Part shown: positions 16,275 to 24,898 of the stretch, one piece after another | How the letters are laid out: each line of letters begins with the position of its first letter | How positions within the stretch are numbered: position 1 is the stretch's first letter | From: Candidatus Hadarchaeota archaeon | GTDB lineage: Archaea > Hadarchaeota > Hadarchaeia > Hadarchaeales > Hadarchaeaceae | NCBI GenBank assembly: GCA_964514965.1 | Contig: CAZETV010000001.1 | Coordinates: 540,001 to 572,000 of the forward strand | DNA length: 32,000 nucleotides | Reading direction: 5' to 3' | Notes under the pieces: model-generated | The model's input: the letters and a program-made list of their open reading frames with translations, nothing else | The model's database searches: none | Told to the model about the DNA's origin: nothing | Program-made: the position numbers and the translations under genes

Positions 16275-17131
16275 TTCTTCGCCTCCTTTTGGGGCCGAAA
16301 GACTTTCTTGGCCGTTTTTCCCTCTTTCGCGAGGACTTCGTTCATGGCTTCTACAAATGCCTCCTTTATTGCTGGCTTAAGCGACTCGGCAAATATCCTC
16401 ATGGTTTCTTTGAGTTCCTCTTCTCTTTGGGTTACAAGGGTCTCCATCTTTTCTTTCAGTAAAACTTCGGGGATTTGTGGTCCAGATTTTTTGGAAATTC
16501 CACCGTAGATATCATCGGAGGTCCACTCAAAATCGCTCCTTAAATCCACGGAATCTGGCAGTTCATCGATTTTTTTAAATATTTTTTTCCTGTTCAGAAT
16601 GGGGCAGTACTTGTACTTCGATCTCTTAATCTCGGAGCTTACATTTTCTTTGATTCTCTTCTTGTTCACATGAAAAATTCCCTTTTCATCGAATTTTCCT
16701 TGTGTGATCCCTATCTCCTCAGCGCCGTATCTCGGCCCCCATAACCCCCTAACGCCAGCATTACTGAATCCAAGCCATCTGCATATGCCGTTGCAGTCTT
16801 TTTTATGATCGTAATGACAAGTAATGGCACTCAGCTCCCTATATTGAATTTTTTTTCCGTCCACCTCAACCCGAGTCGCGGACCAACGTCCAGTCATCCC
16901 GACTAATTCACAAAAACGTTCGCTCAGCTCCGACCTTTTGGCTAGCTCCAACTTGGTTACAGCAACGATGTGCTTGCCCTCTTCTTGTTTGTAATTTGGC
17001 ATCGATTTGGCCAGCTCTATTGCATCCCCTAGGGAGGGGCTCGTGGTCTTCTCCGTGAAAATCAGCTTATACTCCAATGTACTCTCCCCCACCTTACTGG
17101 TGCTGGTTGCCTGATAAATAAGAGTGAACAA
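16271..17131 (-). CDS. Uncharacterised Cys/His-containing protein, first gene of the Mre11-Rad50 operon
   Basis: 286 aa; 4-nt overlap (16271-16274) with the Mre11-like start; contains ITCHYDHKKDCNGICRW and KYCPIL. Confidence 0.7.
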   Translation of the reverse strand: MFTLIYQATSTSKVGESTLEYKLIFTEKTTSPSLGDAIELAKSMPNYKQEEGKHIVAVTKLELAKRSELSERFCELVGMTGRWSATRVEVDGKKIQYRELSAITCHYDHKKDCNGICRWLGFSNAGVRGLWGPRYGAEEIGITQGKFDEKGIFHVNKKRIKENVSSEIKRSKYKYCPILNRKKIFKKIDELPDSVDLRSDFEWTSDDIYGGISKKSGPQIPEVLLKEKMETLVTQREEELKETMRIFAESLKPAIKEAFVEAMNEVLAKEGKTAKKVFRPQKEAKK

Positions 17132-17407
17132 GAATGCCAGCCCCCGAGTGAAACATTTGGCAAATTTTTAACTGCAAAGAGGTAAATAAGAGATCAAAAC
17201 AATTGGAAACTCGAGATAGCGGAAACTACTTTTTGAAATCCTTTTTTATTTCAGGATCTTTGGAATTCAGAATATCCACCCCAATAGGTACCCGATCGCA
17301 AACCAGTAGAGGAGATCGAAGTTAAATCAGAAAAGACGCTCTATAACTAATACTTTTTGCCGACCGCATCGTTTAGTTATTTCCCCAGTTCCCCAACGAC
17401 CGCTTTT

Positions 17408-17449
17408 TTGCACATAAATTCATGAATTCCGTTGCTTGCACATAAATTC
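17408..17449 (+). repeat. Direct repeat pair ttgcacataaattc (17408-17421 and 17436-17449)
   Basis: Two exact 14-nt copies offset by 28 nt, immediately upstream of the tRNA 3' fragment. Confidence 0.9.
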
Positions 17450-17467
17450 GAGAAATGATCGACAGAA

Positions 17468-17494
17468 GGGGTTCGAATCCCGCCTGCCGCACCA
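17468..17494 (+). other. Partial tRNA: 3' end only (T-loop, T-stem 3' side, acceptor 3' strand, discriminator A, CCA)
   Basis: ggggttcgaatcccgcctgccgcacca. TTCGAAT T-loop, CCCGC, CTGCCGC, A, CCA. No matching GCGGCAG 5' half upstream; 5' T-stem side only partly pairs. Confidence 0.7.
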
Positions 17495-17549
17495 TAAAAT
17501 AAACTCTCATTTCACTGGTAAAATGGATAGGGGAGATTTTCCATAACTG

Positions 17550-18305
17550 TTAGAGCCTTTTCTGGATGGTACGTTCGTGAATCTTGATGGATATAACTAA
17601 GAAGACGATTGCGAATGCTACGAGAACGGTAAGGTCCAATTCAATCGGAAAATAGCCATTGCCTTGTATAGAATGTCTTGCCAAATCTGTAAAATATGTT
17701 AAAGGAGAAATTGAAGAGACTACCTTCCCCCAGACTGGCAGTTCCCCTAGTGAAATAAAAATTCCGCTTATGAATATTAGTGGGAATTTGATCATGGACG
17801 ACAGCATCATCACGCTGGCAGGGGAGTCCGTGGGGGGGTAGGCAGATAACAATATGCTGAAAGATGCAAAACAGAATGTTGCAAGAATAATCCCAAATCC
17901 GAGAATTAATGGATTGACTATTCCGACGCCGATGACCAAGCTGGCGATTACGGGAAATATGGAAACAATGATTCCAAAAGAGAACGAAGAAAAAATGTCG
18001 CCTAGGAAAATTGTCCAGATGGAGATGGGAGAGGATACGAGTCGTTCTAGAGTTTTGGCTCTTGCCTCCCAAGGAACAATGACTGGGCCAACAGAGGTAG
18101 CAGTGAAAAAAACTGTCATTCCAAGTAATCCTGGTATGAGTGCTTCAGCTGGCATGTTTCGTCCAATGTAGAATGCCAGAAAAAGAAAGAAGGGTAAGAG
18201 AAGCCCAAAAATAATTACTGGTCCCTTTGAGTAGTAGATGCGTACGTTCTTCTTGGCGATTGCAAGAGACCGTCTAAACTGCTCCAGATAAAAATAGCTT
18301 TTCAT
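17550..18305 (-). CDS. ABC-2 type transporter permease
   Basis: 251 aa, multi-TM; ARAKTLERLVSSPISIWTIFLGD and ISPLTYFTDLAR are typical of ABC-2 permeases. Confidence 0.85.
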   Translation of the reverse strand: MKSYFYLEQFRRSLAIAKKNVRIYYSKGPVIIFGLLLPFFLFLAFYIGRNMPAEALIPGLLGMTVFFTATSVGPVIVPWEARAKTLERLVSSPISIWTIFLGDIFSSFSFGIIVSIFPVIASLVIGVGIVNPLILGFGIILATFCFASFSILLSAYPPTDSPASVMMLSSMIKFPLIFISGIFISLGELPVWGKVVSSISPLTYFTDLARHSIQGNGYFPIELDLTVLVAFAIVFLVISIKIHERTIQKRL

Positions 18306-18320
18306 TAGAGCATCACCTTT

Positions 18321-19250
18321 CTAACCCTCTTTCACAAGTTTAAGAAACACATCTTCCAAGGTGGGTGCGAGTGTGTTGAGGGTGATTATTTTAAGTTTTT
18401 TTGAACGCGCAAAATTAACCAAGTGATCTAAGACTGCACTTGGCTCATCCACATACAGCCTCATCTTGTCTCCCATCTTTTTCACTTCCATAACGTCGTG
18501 AATCTTTGACAACTCATCAACGCGGATTGTCCTGTCAAAGCTGACTTCAATCGACTGCAATCTGCTACTTCTCATCCGGAGTTTTTCCGGACTGTCGATT
18601 GCCGCGATTTTGCCGTGGTTGATAACTGCTACTCTATCGCAAAGCTGATTGGCTTCTTCCATGTTGTGTGTTGTTAAGAAAACGGTTGCACCACTTTTAT
18701 TGAAATCACGAATCATGTCTTTTATAAGTCGTTGGCTCTCTACATCCAGACCAGAGGTTGGTTCATCCAAGAAGAGAATCTCGGGCTTATTTATTAGAGC
18801 CATGCATAGCAGTAGTTTCTGTTTCATCCCTCTTGAAAAGCCTTTAACAAGTTGGTTTCTTCGGTCGTAGAGTCCAAATTCTTTTAGAAGCTTGCTTGCT
18901 CTTTCTTGTCTTTCCTTTTTAGGAACTCCGTATAATTCCCCAATTAGCATGAGATTATTCCAAGCTGAGAGGTCAACGTACGCATTCGCCATCTCGGGAA
19001 CGATGCCCATCATTTGTTTAGCCTTAAGCCCTTCTCTTAAGATGTCATAACCCAATATGGAAGCCGTACCATCATCTGGCTTAATTATACCAGTGAGCAT
19101 CCGGATAGTAGTGGTCTTACCTGCAGCATTTGGTCCTAAAAAACCAAAAAGTTCTCCTTTCCGCACCTGAAAACTGATGCGATCAACAGCCGCCAACTCG
19201 CCAAAATGCTTTGTTAGATCTGAAACTTCTACGGCATTGTCAGTGTTCAT
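18321..19250 (-). CDS. ABC transporter ATP-binding protein
   Basis: 309 aa; Walker A GPNAAGKTT, signature FSRGMKQKL, Walker B ILFLDEPTSGLD. Confidence 0.95.
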   Translation of the reverse strand: MNTDNAVEVSDLTKHFGELAAVDRISFQVRKGELFGFLGPNAAGKTTTIRMLTGIIKPDDGTASILGYDILREGLKAKQMMGIVPEMANAYVDLSAWNNLMLIGELYGVPKKERQERASKLLKEFGLYDRRNQLVKGFSRGMKQKLLLCMALINKPEILFLDEPTSGLDVESQRLIKDMIRDFNKSGATVFLTTHNMEEANQLCDRVAVINHGKIAAIDSPEKLRMRSSRLQSIEVSFDRTIRVDELSKIHDVMEVKKMGDKMRLYVDEPSAVLDHLVNFARSKKLKIITLNTLAPTLEDVFLKLVKEG

Positions 19251-19588
19251 GGAGATTCCCTTGGCAAGTCAGTGAGAAGGTTAATTTTGATCTCTTTCGT
19301 TTTTAGTCGCCATATCTTTTCAGGTGCCCCCCCTCCAACCTCTCGATACTCAGCTAATTCAACGACGCCTGCTTCCTCTAGTTCAGAAAGGTGATAATAT
19401 AGTCCAGACCTTGAAATGCCTTCTCCAACTTTCTTTAACCCCTCAAAGATTTCATTAGTGCTTTTTGCTTCATTCCCTATAATGTGAATAATCATCCATC
19501 TAGTCGGGCAATGAAGAGCCCTAAAGTACATCTGGAACCTACTGAACTTTTTTGAGTCGAAATCGTCACATTCGCCGCCGCACATCAA
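19247..19588 (-). CDS. ArsR/PadR-like winged helix regulator
   Basis: 113 aa; MIIHIIGNEAKSTNEIFEGLKKVGEGISRSGLYYHLSELEEAGVVE; 4-nt overlap with the ABC ATPase gene. Confidence 0.8.
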   Translation of the reverse strand: MMCGGECDDFDSKKFSRFQMYFRALHCPTRWMIIHIIGNEAKSTNEIFEGLKKVGEGISRSGLYYHLSELEEAGVVELAEYREVGGGAPEKIWRLKTKEIKINLLTDLPRESP

Positions 19589-20119
19589 ATACCACCTTTG
19601 TATACCCCGATTTTTTTTGATATATTATCGAAAATACTGTAATATTATAGTATTAAAAACTTTTGCAAAGCACTCAGCGCTGTTATTAAGCGTACCTCTC
19701 CCGCCCGCATTAAAAAAAGGGAAAAATTTTTGCTTAAAGCTTAAAACGAGCGTTAAAATTGCTCAATTTTTGCACTTGAATGGATCACAGGTTACGGTAG
19801 ATTTAAACGGGGGCTTGAACCTACTCCCCCGCACCGTCTTGACGCCGTTGACTTATCCTTTTTATAAAAAGTCCTGCGTCTGGCTGGCTCATGCACAGTG
19901 GGTTCAGGTTTGATGGTTCAAGAATGGACTAAATATAGAAAACGAAAGGAGTTCAAATCCCACCTCACTTTTTGGAATTTGAAGGTGTCTTAACGAGGTA
20001 CTACGCAGACTGCTCACCGGAATGACTAGGGGAGATTTACAAAACAGGTTGATATTATGGTCTGCTAAACAAATATTTTAAAACGTGAATAAATTATAAA
20101 CTAGCGAGAGGTAAACAAC

Positions 20120-20326
20120 ATGCCTTTGGTTGAAATAAGTTTGGTGGAAAAAGAGTTGTCCGAGGAGCAGAAAGTTAAAATAGCTAACGCCGTATCCGAC
20201 CTTCTGATATGCGAGATCCCGAAATTGCCCAAAGAAGCCATTTCAGTAATATTCTATGAGACTCCATCAGAGAACTGGATAGTCGGCGGGAAGACTGTGG
20301 AAGAACTAAAGCAAAGAAGAACTTAG
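20120..20326 (+). CDS. 4-oxalocrotonate tautomerase family protein
   Basis: 68 aa; M-PLVEISLVEKELSEEQKVKIANAVSD with the conserved Pro after Met; ISVIFYETPSENWIVGGKTVEE. Confidence 0.85.
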   Translation: MPLVEISLVEKELSEEQKVKIANAVSDLLICEIPKLPKEAISVIFYETPSENWIVGGKTVEELKQRRT

Positions 20327-20640
20327 ATTCCTCCTGAAAAAGTTTGGTGATGAGAGTTGGGACTCCTGCCGACCTAAAAACGCCTTTAACACGATTTGTC
20401 CTATTGATCAAGTTAAGAGAATGGGTGAGAAAAAGCTAGAAAAGGTGCGGCACTATAACGACTATTTTCCCGAAAGGCTGAGACCTACGAGATGGCGGGT
20501 TTAAGGGTTTTTGTAACCCAACAAGGGCTCTCACTATACTTATTTTCCCAGTTAAAACACCAAATTAGACCATTGAACCCACAATTCTTTAGTTTTCTAC
20601 GCGTTTAAGGTGTTAATAACATTCTGTGGGTTGGTAAAAG

Positions 20641-21861
20641 ATGGCGGATGCGACGCGTTCAGACGGTTCGTTTGTGGATATGGGGGAGGCTGCAGGTCAT
20701 CTTAAAAAACGCAAAGAAAAGCATATGCATAGAATTTTCCCGATTTTGGCCCTATCCATCTTCTCTTCCATGCTGGGGATGGGGCTCATAGTCCCAATCC
20801 TCCCCCTCTACGCCGAGAACATGGGGGCCACCGGGGTCTGGATAGGAATTATCTTCGCCTCGTATTCCATTTCCCGTACCGTGTTCATGCCGGTCATCGG
20901 GAGGCTATCGGACCGGTGGGGCAGGAAAGTGTTCCTTTGCTTTGGACTTCTCGTATATGCTCTGATCTCCATCGGTTATGTGTGGGCGACGCAGGTTCCC
21001 GAGTTAACACTCATCCGGGTGTTGCACGGTGCCGCCGCTGGTATGATTCTGCCAATTGCCCAAGCTTACATCGGAGACCTCGCGCCAACGGGACACGAGG
21101 GGACTTGGATGGGGTATTTTAATGCCGCCTTTTTTATGGGCTTTGGCTTCGGTCCTCTTATGGGGGGAGTTCTTACCGATAGCTTCGGCATGAATTTTCC
21201 CTTTTACATTATGGGCGCCCTCAATTTGCTGGCATTTTTCTTCGCCCTGTTTTTTCTTCCAGAGGTTCGCCGCATGGGTGAAATCGTGGGTCGTGATGCA
21301 CCTTCAGGTAAAATGAGGGAAAGCAGGGTAATGAGGGGCCTCTTCAGTTACCGACTGGCGCGATCCTTTGGAAGGGGTTCTTTCACGTGCTTTCTTCCGA
21401 TCCTCGCCTCCTCTTATCTGGGGTTAACGGCCTCCCAGACGGGGCTTCTGATCGCTGTCAACATTTTACTGATGTCACTGTTTCAGATTAGATTCGGAAA
21501 AATCGCGGACAAGTTCAGCAGGAGAGGGCTAGTCATCTGCGGGAGCTTGACCAATGTCACATTTCTTTTTTTGATCCCGCTGTGCGTAACCTTTTGGCAA
21601 TTGCTGGCTGTATGCGCGTTCGGCGCTCTTGGGGGCTCGATCTCGGTACCTGCCGCTTCCGCTCTAACGGTTAATGAAGGCAGAAAATACGGCATGGGAT
21701 CCACCATTGGAATGTTTACAATGGCGATGAGCATAGGCATGTTCGTGGGTCCGGTCCTGGGCGGGGGACTCGTTGATATGTTGGGTGTTTACTCGGTGTT
21801 TTATTTCGGAGGGTTAGTTTCACTCCTAGGGACTGCGGTATTTGCTTGGTTCACGGGGTAA
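20641..21861 (+). CDS. Major facilitator superfamily transporter
   Basis: 406 aa; about 12 TM segments, GRLSDRWGRKVFL and GKIADKFSRRGLVICG loop motifs. Confidence 0.9.
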   Translation: MADATRSDGSFVDMGEAAGHLKKRKEKHMHRIFPILALSIFSSMLGMGLIVPILPLYAENMGATGVWIGIIFASYSISRTVFMPVIGRLSDRWGRKVFLCFGLLVYALISIGYVWATQVPELTLIRVLHGAAAGMILPIAQAYIGDLAPTGHEGTWMGYFNAAFFMGFGFGPLMGGVLTDSFGMNFPFYIMGALNLLAFFFALFFLPEVRRMGEIVGRDAPSGKMRESRVMRGLFSYRLARSFGRGSFTCFLPILASSYLGLTASQTGLLIAVNILLMSLFQIRFGKIADKFSRRGLVICGSLTNVTFLFLIPLCVTFWQLLAVCAFGALGGSISVPAASALTVNEGRKYGMGSTIGMFTMAMSIGMFVGPVLGGGLVDMLGVYSVFYFGGLVSLLGTAVFAWFTG

Positions 21862-22149
21862 GGGAGCACGGACCTCAGCTATTCGAGCCGCGATATGAGC
21901 GTAATTTCGATGTTCATCCGGTTCGCAAAAAATAAAGCAAGATCGAAGCAGGATTTTGCCTTAGGACTGGTCCTGTACAGGTTATGCAGCTGGAATACTT
22001 TCCCTTGAACTTGAGATAGCGCATTCTTAGAAGATTCCGTAAATCCTCTGGAGCGTACAAATCTGAGTTTTTATTATTTTATAGTCGGGAAGAAATAATC
22101 CAACTAGTTTTATAATACTTCAAAACGTATTACATCTCGGTGGAAATAG

Positions 22150-22836
22150 ATGCCAATTTTTGAGAATGAGACTGAAAAGATAGTTAAAACACTGGGTTTA
22201 GAATGGGAACCTGTGGCCGTAAAGTTCTCGGATAGTGCTGATGAGAAGGGAATTCCAAGAAAGCTTAAAGTTTGTCAAGCCATTGATGTGGTTAGACGTG
22301 AAAGCGTGACAATCAACTTATCTAAAGAGAATTGTGTCTGTCCAGGTGGTAGACGCTACACTGGTCTAGAAGTTCTTCCACTAGAAGCAATTGCGGGTGT
22401 TTGGACGAAGGCACATAAGGCTTACGAATCCATGGACATCGCACTATCATCGCTAAAAAAGCAGCCCCAACCTGTTAAGAGGGGAGACTTCCTTATTTTA
22501 AGCCCTCTAAAAAAGGTTGAGACAGACCCCGACATGGTTTTACTTTTCGCAAACGCTGAGCAAGCTGACAGGATATTGGGACTGGTTTCTTTTAAAGAGG
22601 CTGAACCCTTCGCTTATTATCCAGTAAGCAACACGTGTTCAGTTATAACAAACACGTTAGGGAAGGGAGGACCAGAAATATGTTTCATGACAAAACATTC
22701 AAGACAAGAGTTTAGGTTGTCTCCAAATGAACTCATAATTGGTTTGCCCTTCGGAGACTTTGAAGCCGCGGTCAATAATATTTCCAACTCTGGCTTCGGA
22801 ACTGCCCAAACATCTCCCCCACCAAAGGCACGTTGA
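22150..22836 (+). CDS. DUF169 family protein
   Basis: 228 aa; VAVKFSD..., CQAIDVVRRESVTINLSKENCVCPGGRRYTGLE. TATA-like ttttataatac upstream at about 22108. Confidence 0.7.
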   Translation: MPIFENETEKIVKTLGLEWEPVAVKFSDSADEKGIPRKLKVCQAIDVVRRESVTINLSKENCVCPGGRRYTGLEVLPLEAIAGVWTKAHKAYESMDIALSSLKKQPQPVKRGDFLILSPLKKVETDPDMVLLFANAEQADRILGLVSFKEAEPFAYYPVSNTCSVITNTLGKGGPEICFMTKHSRQEFRLSPNELIIGLPFGDFEAAVNNISNSGFGTAQTSPPPKAR

Positions 22837-22950
22837 ACAAAGAAAACTCTCGCAGAGCTAGATGTGAAGATGACTGATTGTATAAGAGCGTATCTCTAAA
22901 GTCCGCAAGACGTTAGAAAAAAAATACAGACAAGTTAGAATTGAATTTAG

Positions 22951-23056
22951 TGCGGCCGGCGGGATTCGAACCCGCGCAGCAGGCTTTTCCCGAGCATTCA
23001 TGGGAAGCCTGAGTCCTTTGGCAGCATTTGCTTTAACCAGACTGGACCACGGCCGC
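22951..23056 (-). tRNA. tRNA-Gly(CCC) with apparent 15-nt canonical intron (22986-23000) and about 17-nt D-loop/D-stem insertion (23017-23033)
   Basis: Acceptor GCGGCCG/CGGCCGC-A, D-stem GTCC/GGAC, anticodon stem CAGGC/GCCTG, loop TTCCCA|A, T-arm GCGGG-TTCGAAT-CCCGC. Removing both insertions gives 74 nt with complete stems. Confidence 0.85.
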
Positions 23057-23193
23057 ACAATTAAATGTCATCCAGTTCTAATTAAATTTTTAATTTTTGT
23101 CTTCTTCGGATAGCCCGTTTCTGTCGAGCGAGAAGCCGGAGTTTGCCGGGTGTCAGGAGTGGTGTTAAGAAGCTAAGGAGGTTGGAGAAAATC

Positions 23194-23988
23194 CTAGAGC
23201 CGTTCCCGCGCGACCTGAGTGAGTTCGGTCTTTGTCAGCAACCCCACAAGCTCTCCTTCAAAGTTCAGCACGGGGAGGGTGGAGAATCTACGCTCGAACA
23301 TGAGACGCGAAACTTCTGGGAGTCTGGCATCCGTTCGCGTCGTCGTGGCCGGCTGGGTCATGATTTCCTTTACTAACAAATTTCTGATGTGCTCACTCTT
23401 TTGCTGATTTGGAACGGCTCCCTGAAAAGCTGCGAGCTTCATTGCCACGTCTCGCACCGTTACGACGCCGACAAGCTTTCCATCCTCCATGACCGGCAAA
23501 CCGATTAAATCCTCATCGAGCAACAGCCGCCGCGCGTGAACAACCCGATCTCCCGGCGAAACGGTCGTCGGGCTGGCCTGCATCACCTGCCCCACATAAA
23601 CATCTTCGTACTCCGAGCAAACCTTCGCGAAGTCCAGCTTGGTCACGATGCCAGAGAGGTGCCCCTCCTCGACTACTGGAAGTCCACTGATGTCGTGGTC
23701 GAGCATGATCTCGGCAGCCCGCTTCACCATTACTTCCGGGGCCACTGTGATCGGGTTAAGGGTCATCACATTCGAGACGTATATCCGGTCGAGAGACAAG
23801 CGATAAGCTGTGCTCGACCCCATCTCACGAGCGATGTCCTTCTCGGTAATCACGCCCACGATTTTTCCCGTCTGAAGCGCTACGAGGCGAGAGATTTCTT
23901 TCTGTTGCATCAAATCGATCGCGTTCGCTAAAGGCTGATCCTTGTCAAGCGTCACGACGGGCGAGCTCATGATTTGGCTAACACGCAT
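23194..23988 (-). CDS. CBS-domain protein (four CBS repeats)
   Basis: 264 aa; repeated VxxIM..xPxTV...A.xLM.......LPV...GxLVGVVT units. Confidence 0.9.
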   Translation of the reverse strand: MRVSQIMSSPVVTLDKDQPLANAIDLMQQKEISRLVALQTGKIVGVITEKDIAREMGSSTAYRLSLDRIYVSNVMTLNPITVAPEVMVKRAAEIMLDHDISGLPVVEEGHLSGIVTKLDFAKVCSEYEDVYVGQVMQASPTTVSPGDRVVHARRLLLDEDLIGLPVMEDGKLVGVVTVRDVAMKLAAFQGAVPNQQKSEHIRNLLVKEIMTQPATTTRTDARLPEVSRLMFERRFSTLPVLNFEGELVGLLTKTELTQVARERL

Positions 23989-23997
23989 TTAAACCCC

Positions 23998-24813
23998 TCA
24001 AACCAACAACTCCAACAGATCATGCTCAGTTATTATCCCCTTGAGTTCATCTCTCTCGACTACCGGCACGCAGCCGCACCCGCGCTCACACATGAGCCCC
24101 GTGGCGTCCCCAAGGTCGGTCTCAGGTGCCACGGTCAACACGTCACGAGTCATTATCTCTTCAACACCTACAGACATCGCTTCGTCTACGCGTTGCGAGA
24201 GCATGTGCTCGAACACCTTACTCGTTCCGAAGTAACGCAAGATGTCAACGCTCGTGACAATCCCAGCAAGTTCTCTTTCGCGTACCACGGGCAGGCGTCG
24301 AACTCCTCTAGAAATCATCCTTCTTGCCGCTTCACGAATTTGAAGTTCGGGCTCAGCTGTGATCACATGGCGGGTCATGTAATAGCTCACGGGTGTCCCA
24401 GTCTTGGCCGGCACATAGGTTATGAAATCGCGCTCCGAGACGATACCAGCAATCTGTCCATGCTCGTCAAGAATAGGTATCCCCCCAACACCTGTTTGGA
24501 GAAGGAGCTTCACGGCATCTATTATAGACATGTCGGTGGTACCGTGGATTACCCGCTCGGACATAATAATCCGCACAGGCTCGTTAGCCGCAGCGAAGAA
24601 ATTGCCCTTTAACTTCTCCTGCACAATTCTGAATTTTTCGCCTCCGCCCAAGAAGTCTATGATGTCTCGCGTGCGGATGATGCCCATGAGTTTTTTGGTA
24701 CCGGGGGTCGCCACAGGTAACCTCCGCACACCCCGCTCAATCATGAGCTCGGCCGCATTCTTTATCTGCATTGTCGGAGGAACTGTTATAACTAGTTTTC
24801 GCGCGAGCGACAT
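23998..24813 (-). CDS. CBS-domain protein (four CBS repeats); start revised from the 24909 ORF-track start
   Basis: CBS repeats (LMIERGVRRLPV, LLQTGVGGIPILDEHGQIAGIVS, MISRGVRRLPVV, GCGCVPVVERDELKGIITEHD). Internal ATG (MSLARKLVI) at 24813 preceded by GAGAGGAAGGG on the minus strand. Confidence 0.85.
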   Translation of the reverse strand: MSLARKLVITVPPTMQIKNAAELMIERGVRRLPVATPGTKKLMGIIRTRDIIDFLGGGEKFRIVQEKLKGNFFAAANEPVRIIMSERVIHGTTDMSIIDAVKLLLQTGVGGIPILDEHGQIAGIVSERDFITYVPAKTGTPVSYYMTRHVITAEPELQIREAARRMISRGVRRLPVVRERELAGIVTSVDILRYFGTSKVFEHMLSQRVDEAMSVGVEEIMTRDVLTVAPETDLGDATGLMCERGCGCVPVVERDELKGIITEHDLLELLV

Positions 24814-24898
24814 GATGTTCCCTTCCTCTCGATGGCGTCTCGACTTGAAAGCCAGCGGTCCACGTTTGATAGACTTGTAATGGGGAAATCTCCGCACC

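Noticed and set aside
17260-17345. Possible degraded 5S rRNA-like stretch (taggtacccgatcgcaaacc...gagatcgaagttaaat)
   Set aside because: Only short fragments resemble 5S motifs and no consistent helices could be found by eye.
17461-17494. Complete tRNA gene at this site
   Set aside because: No 5' acceptor, D-arm or anticodon arm upstream, and the 5' T-stem does not pair fully. Treated as a 3' fragment instead.
1-17500. Transposase or integrase genes supporting a mobile island
   Set aside because: None of the ORFs in this window shows an integrase or transposase motif. Island mobility is inferred only from the tRNA fragment and gene content.
19896-19970. tRNA-like stretch gtgggttcaggtttgatggttcaag...gagttcaaatcccacctcac
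   Set aside because: It has a T-loop-like gttcaaat, but the T-stem (ggag/ccca) and acceptor do not pair and no anticodon arm can be built. Too weak to claim even as a pseudogene.
22858-23058. 66-aa minus-strand ORF
   Set aside because: It lies across the tRNA-Gly gene and has no coding signal beyond being open.
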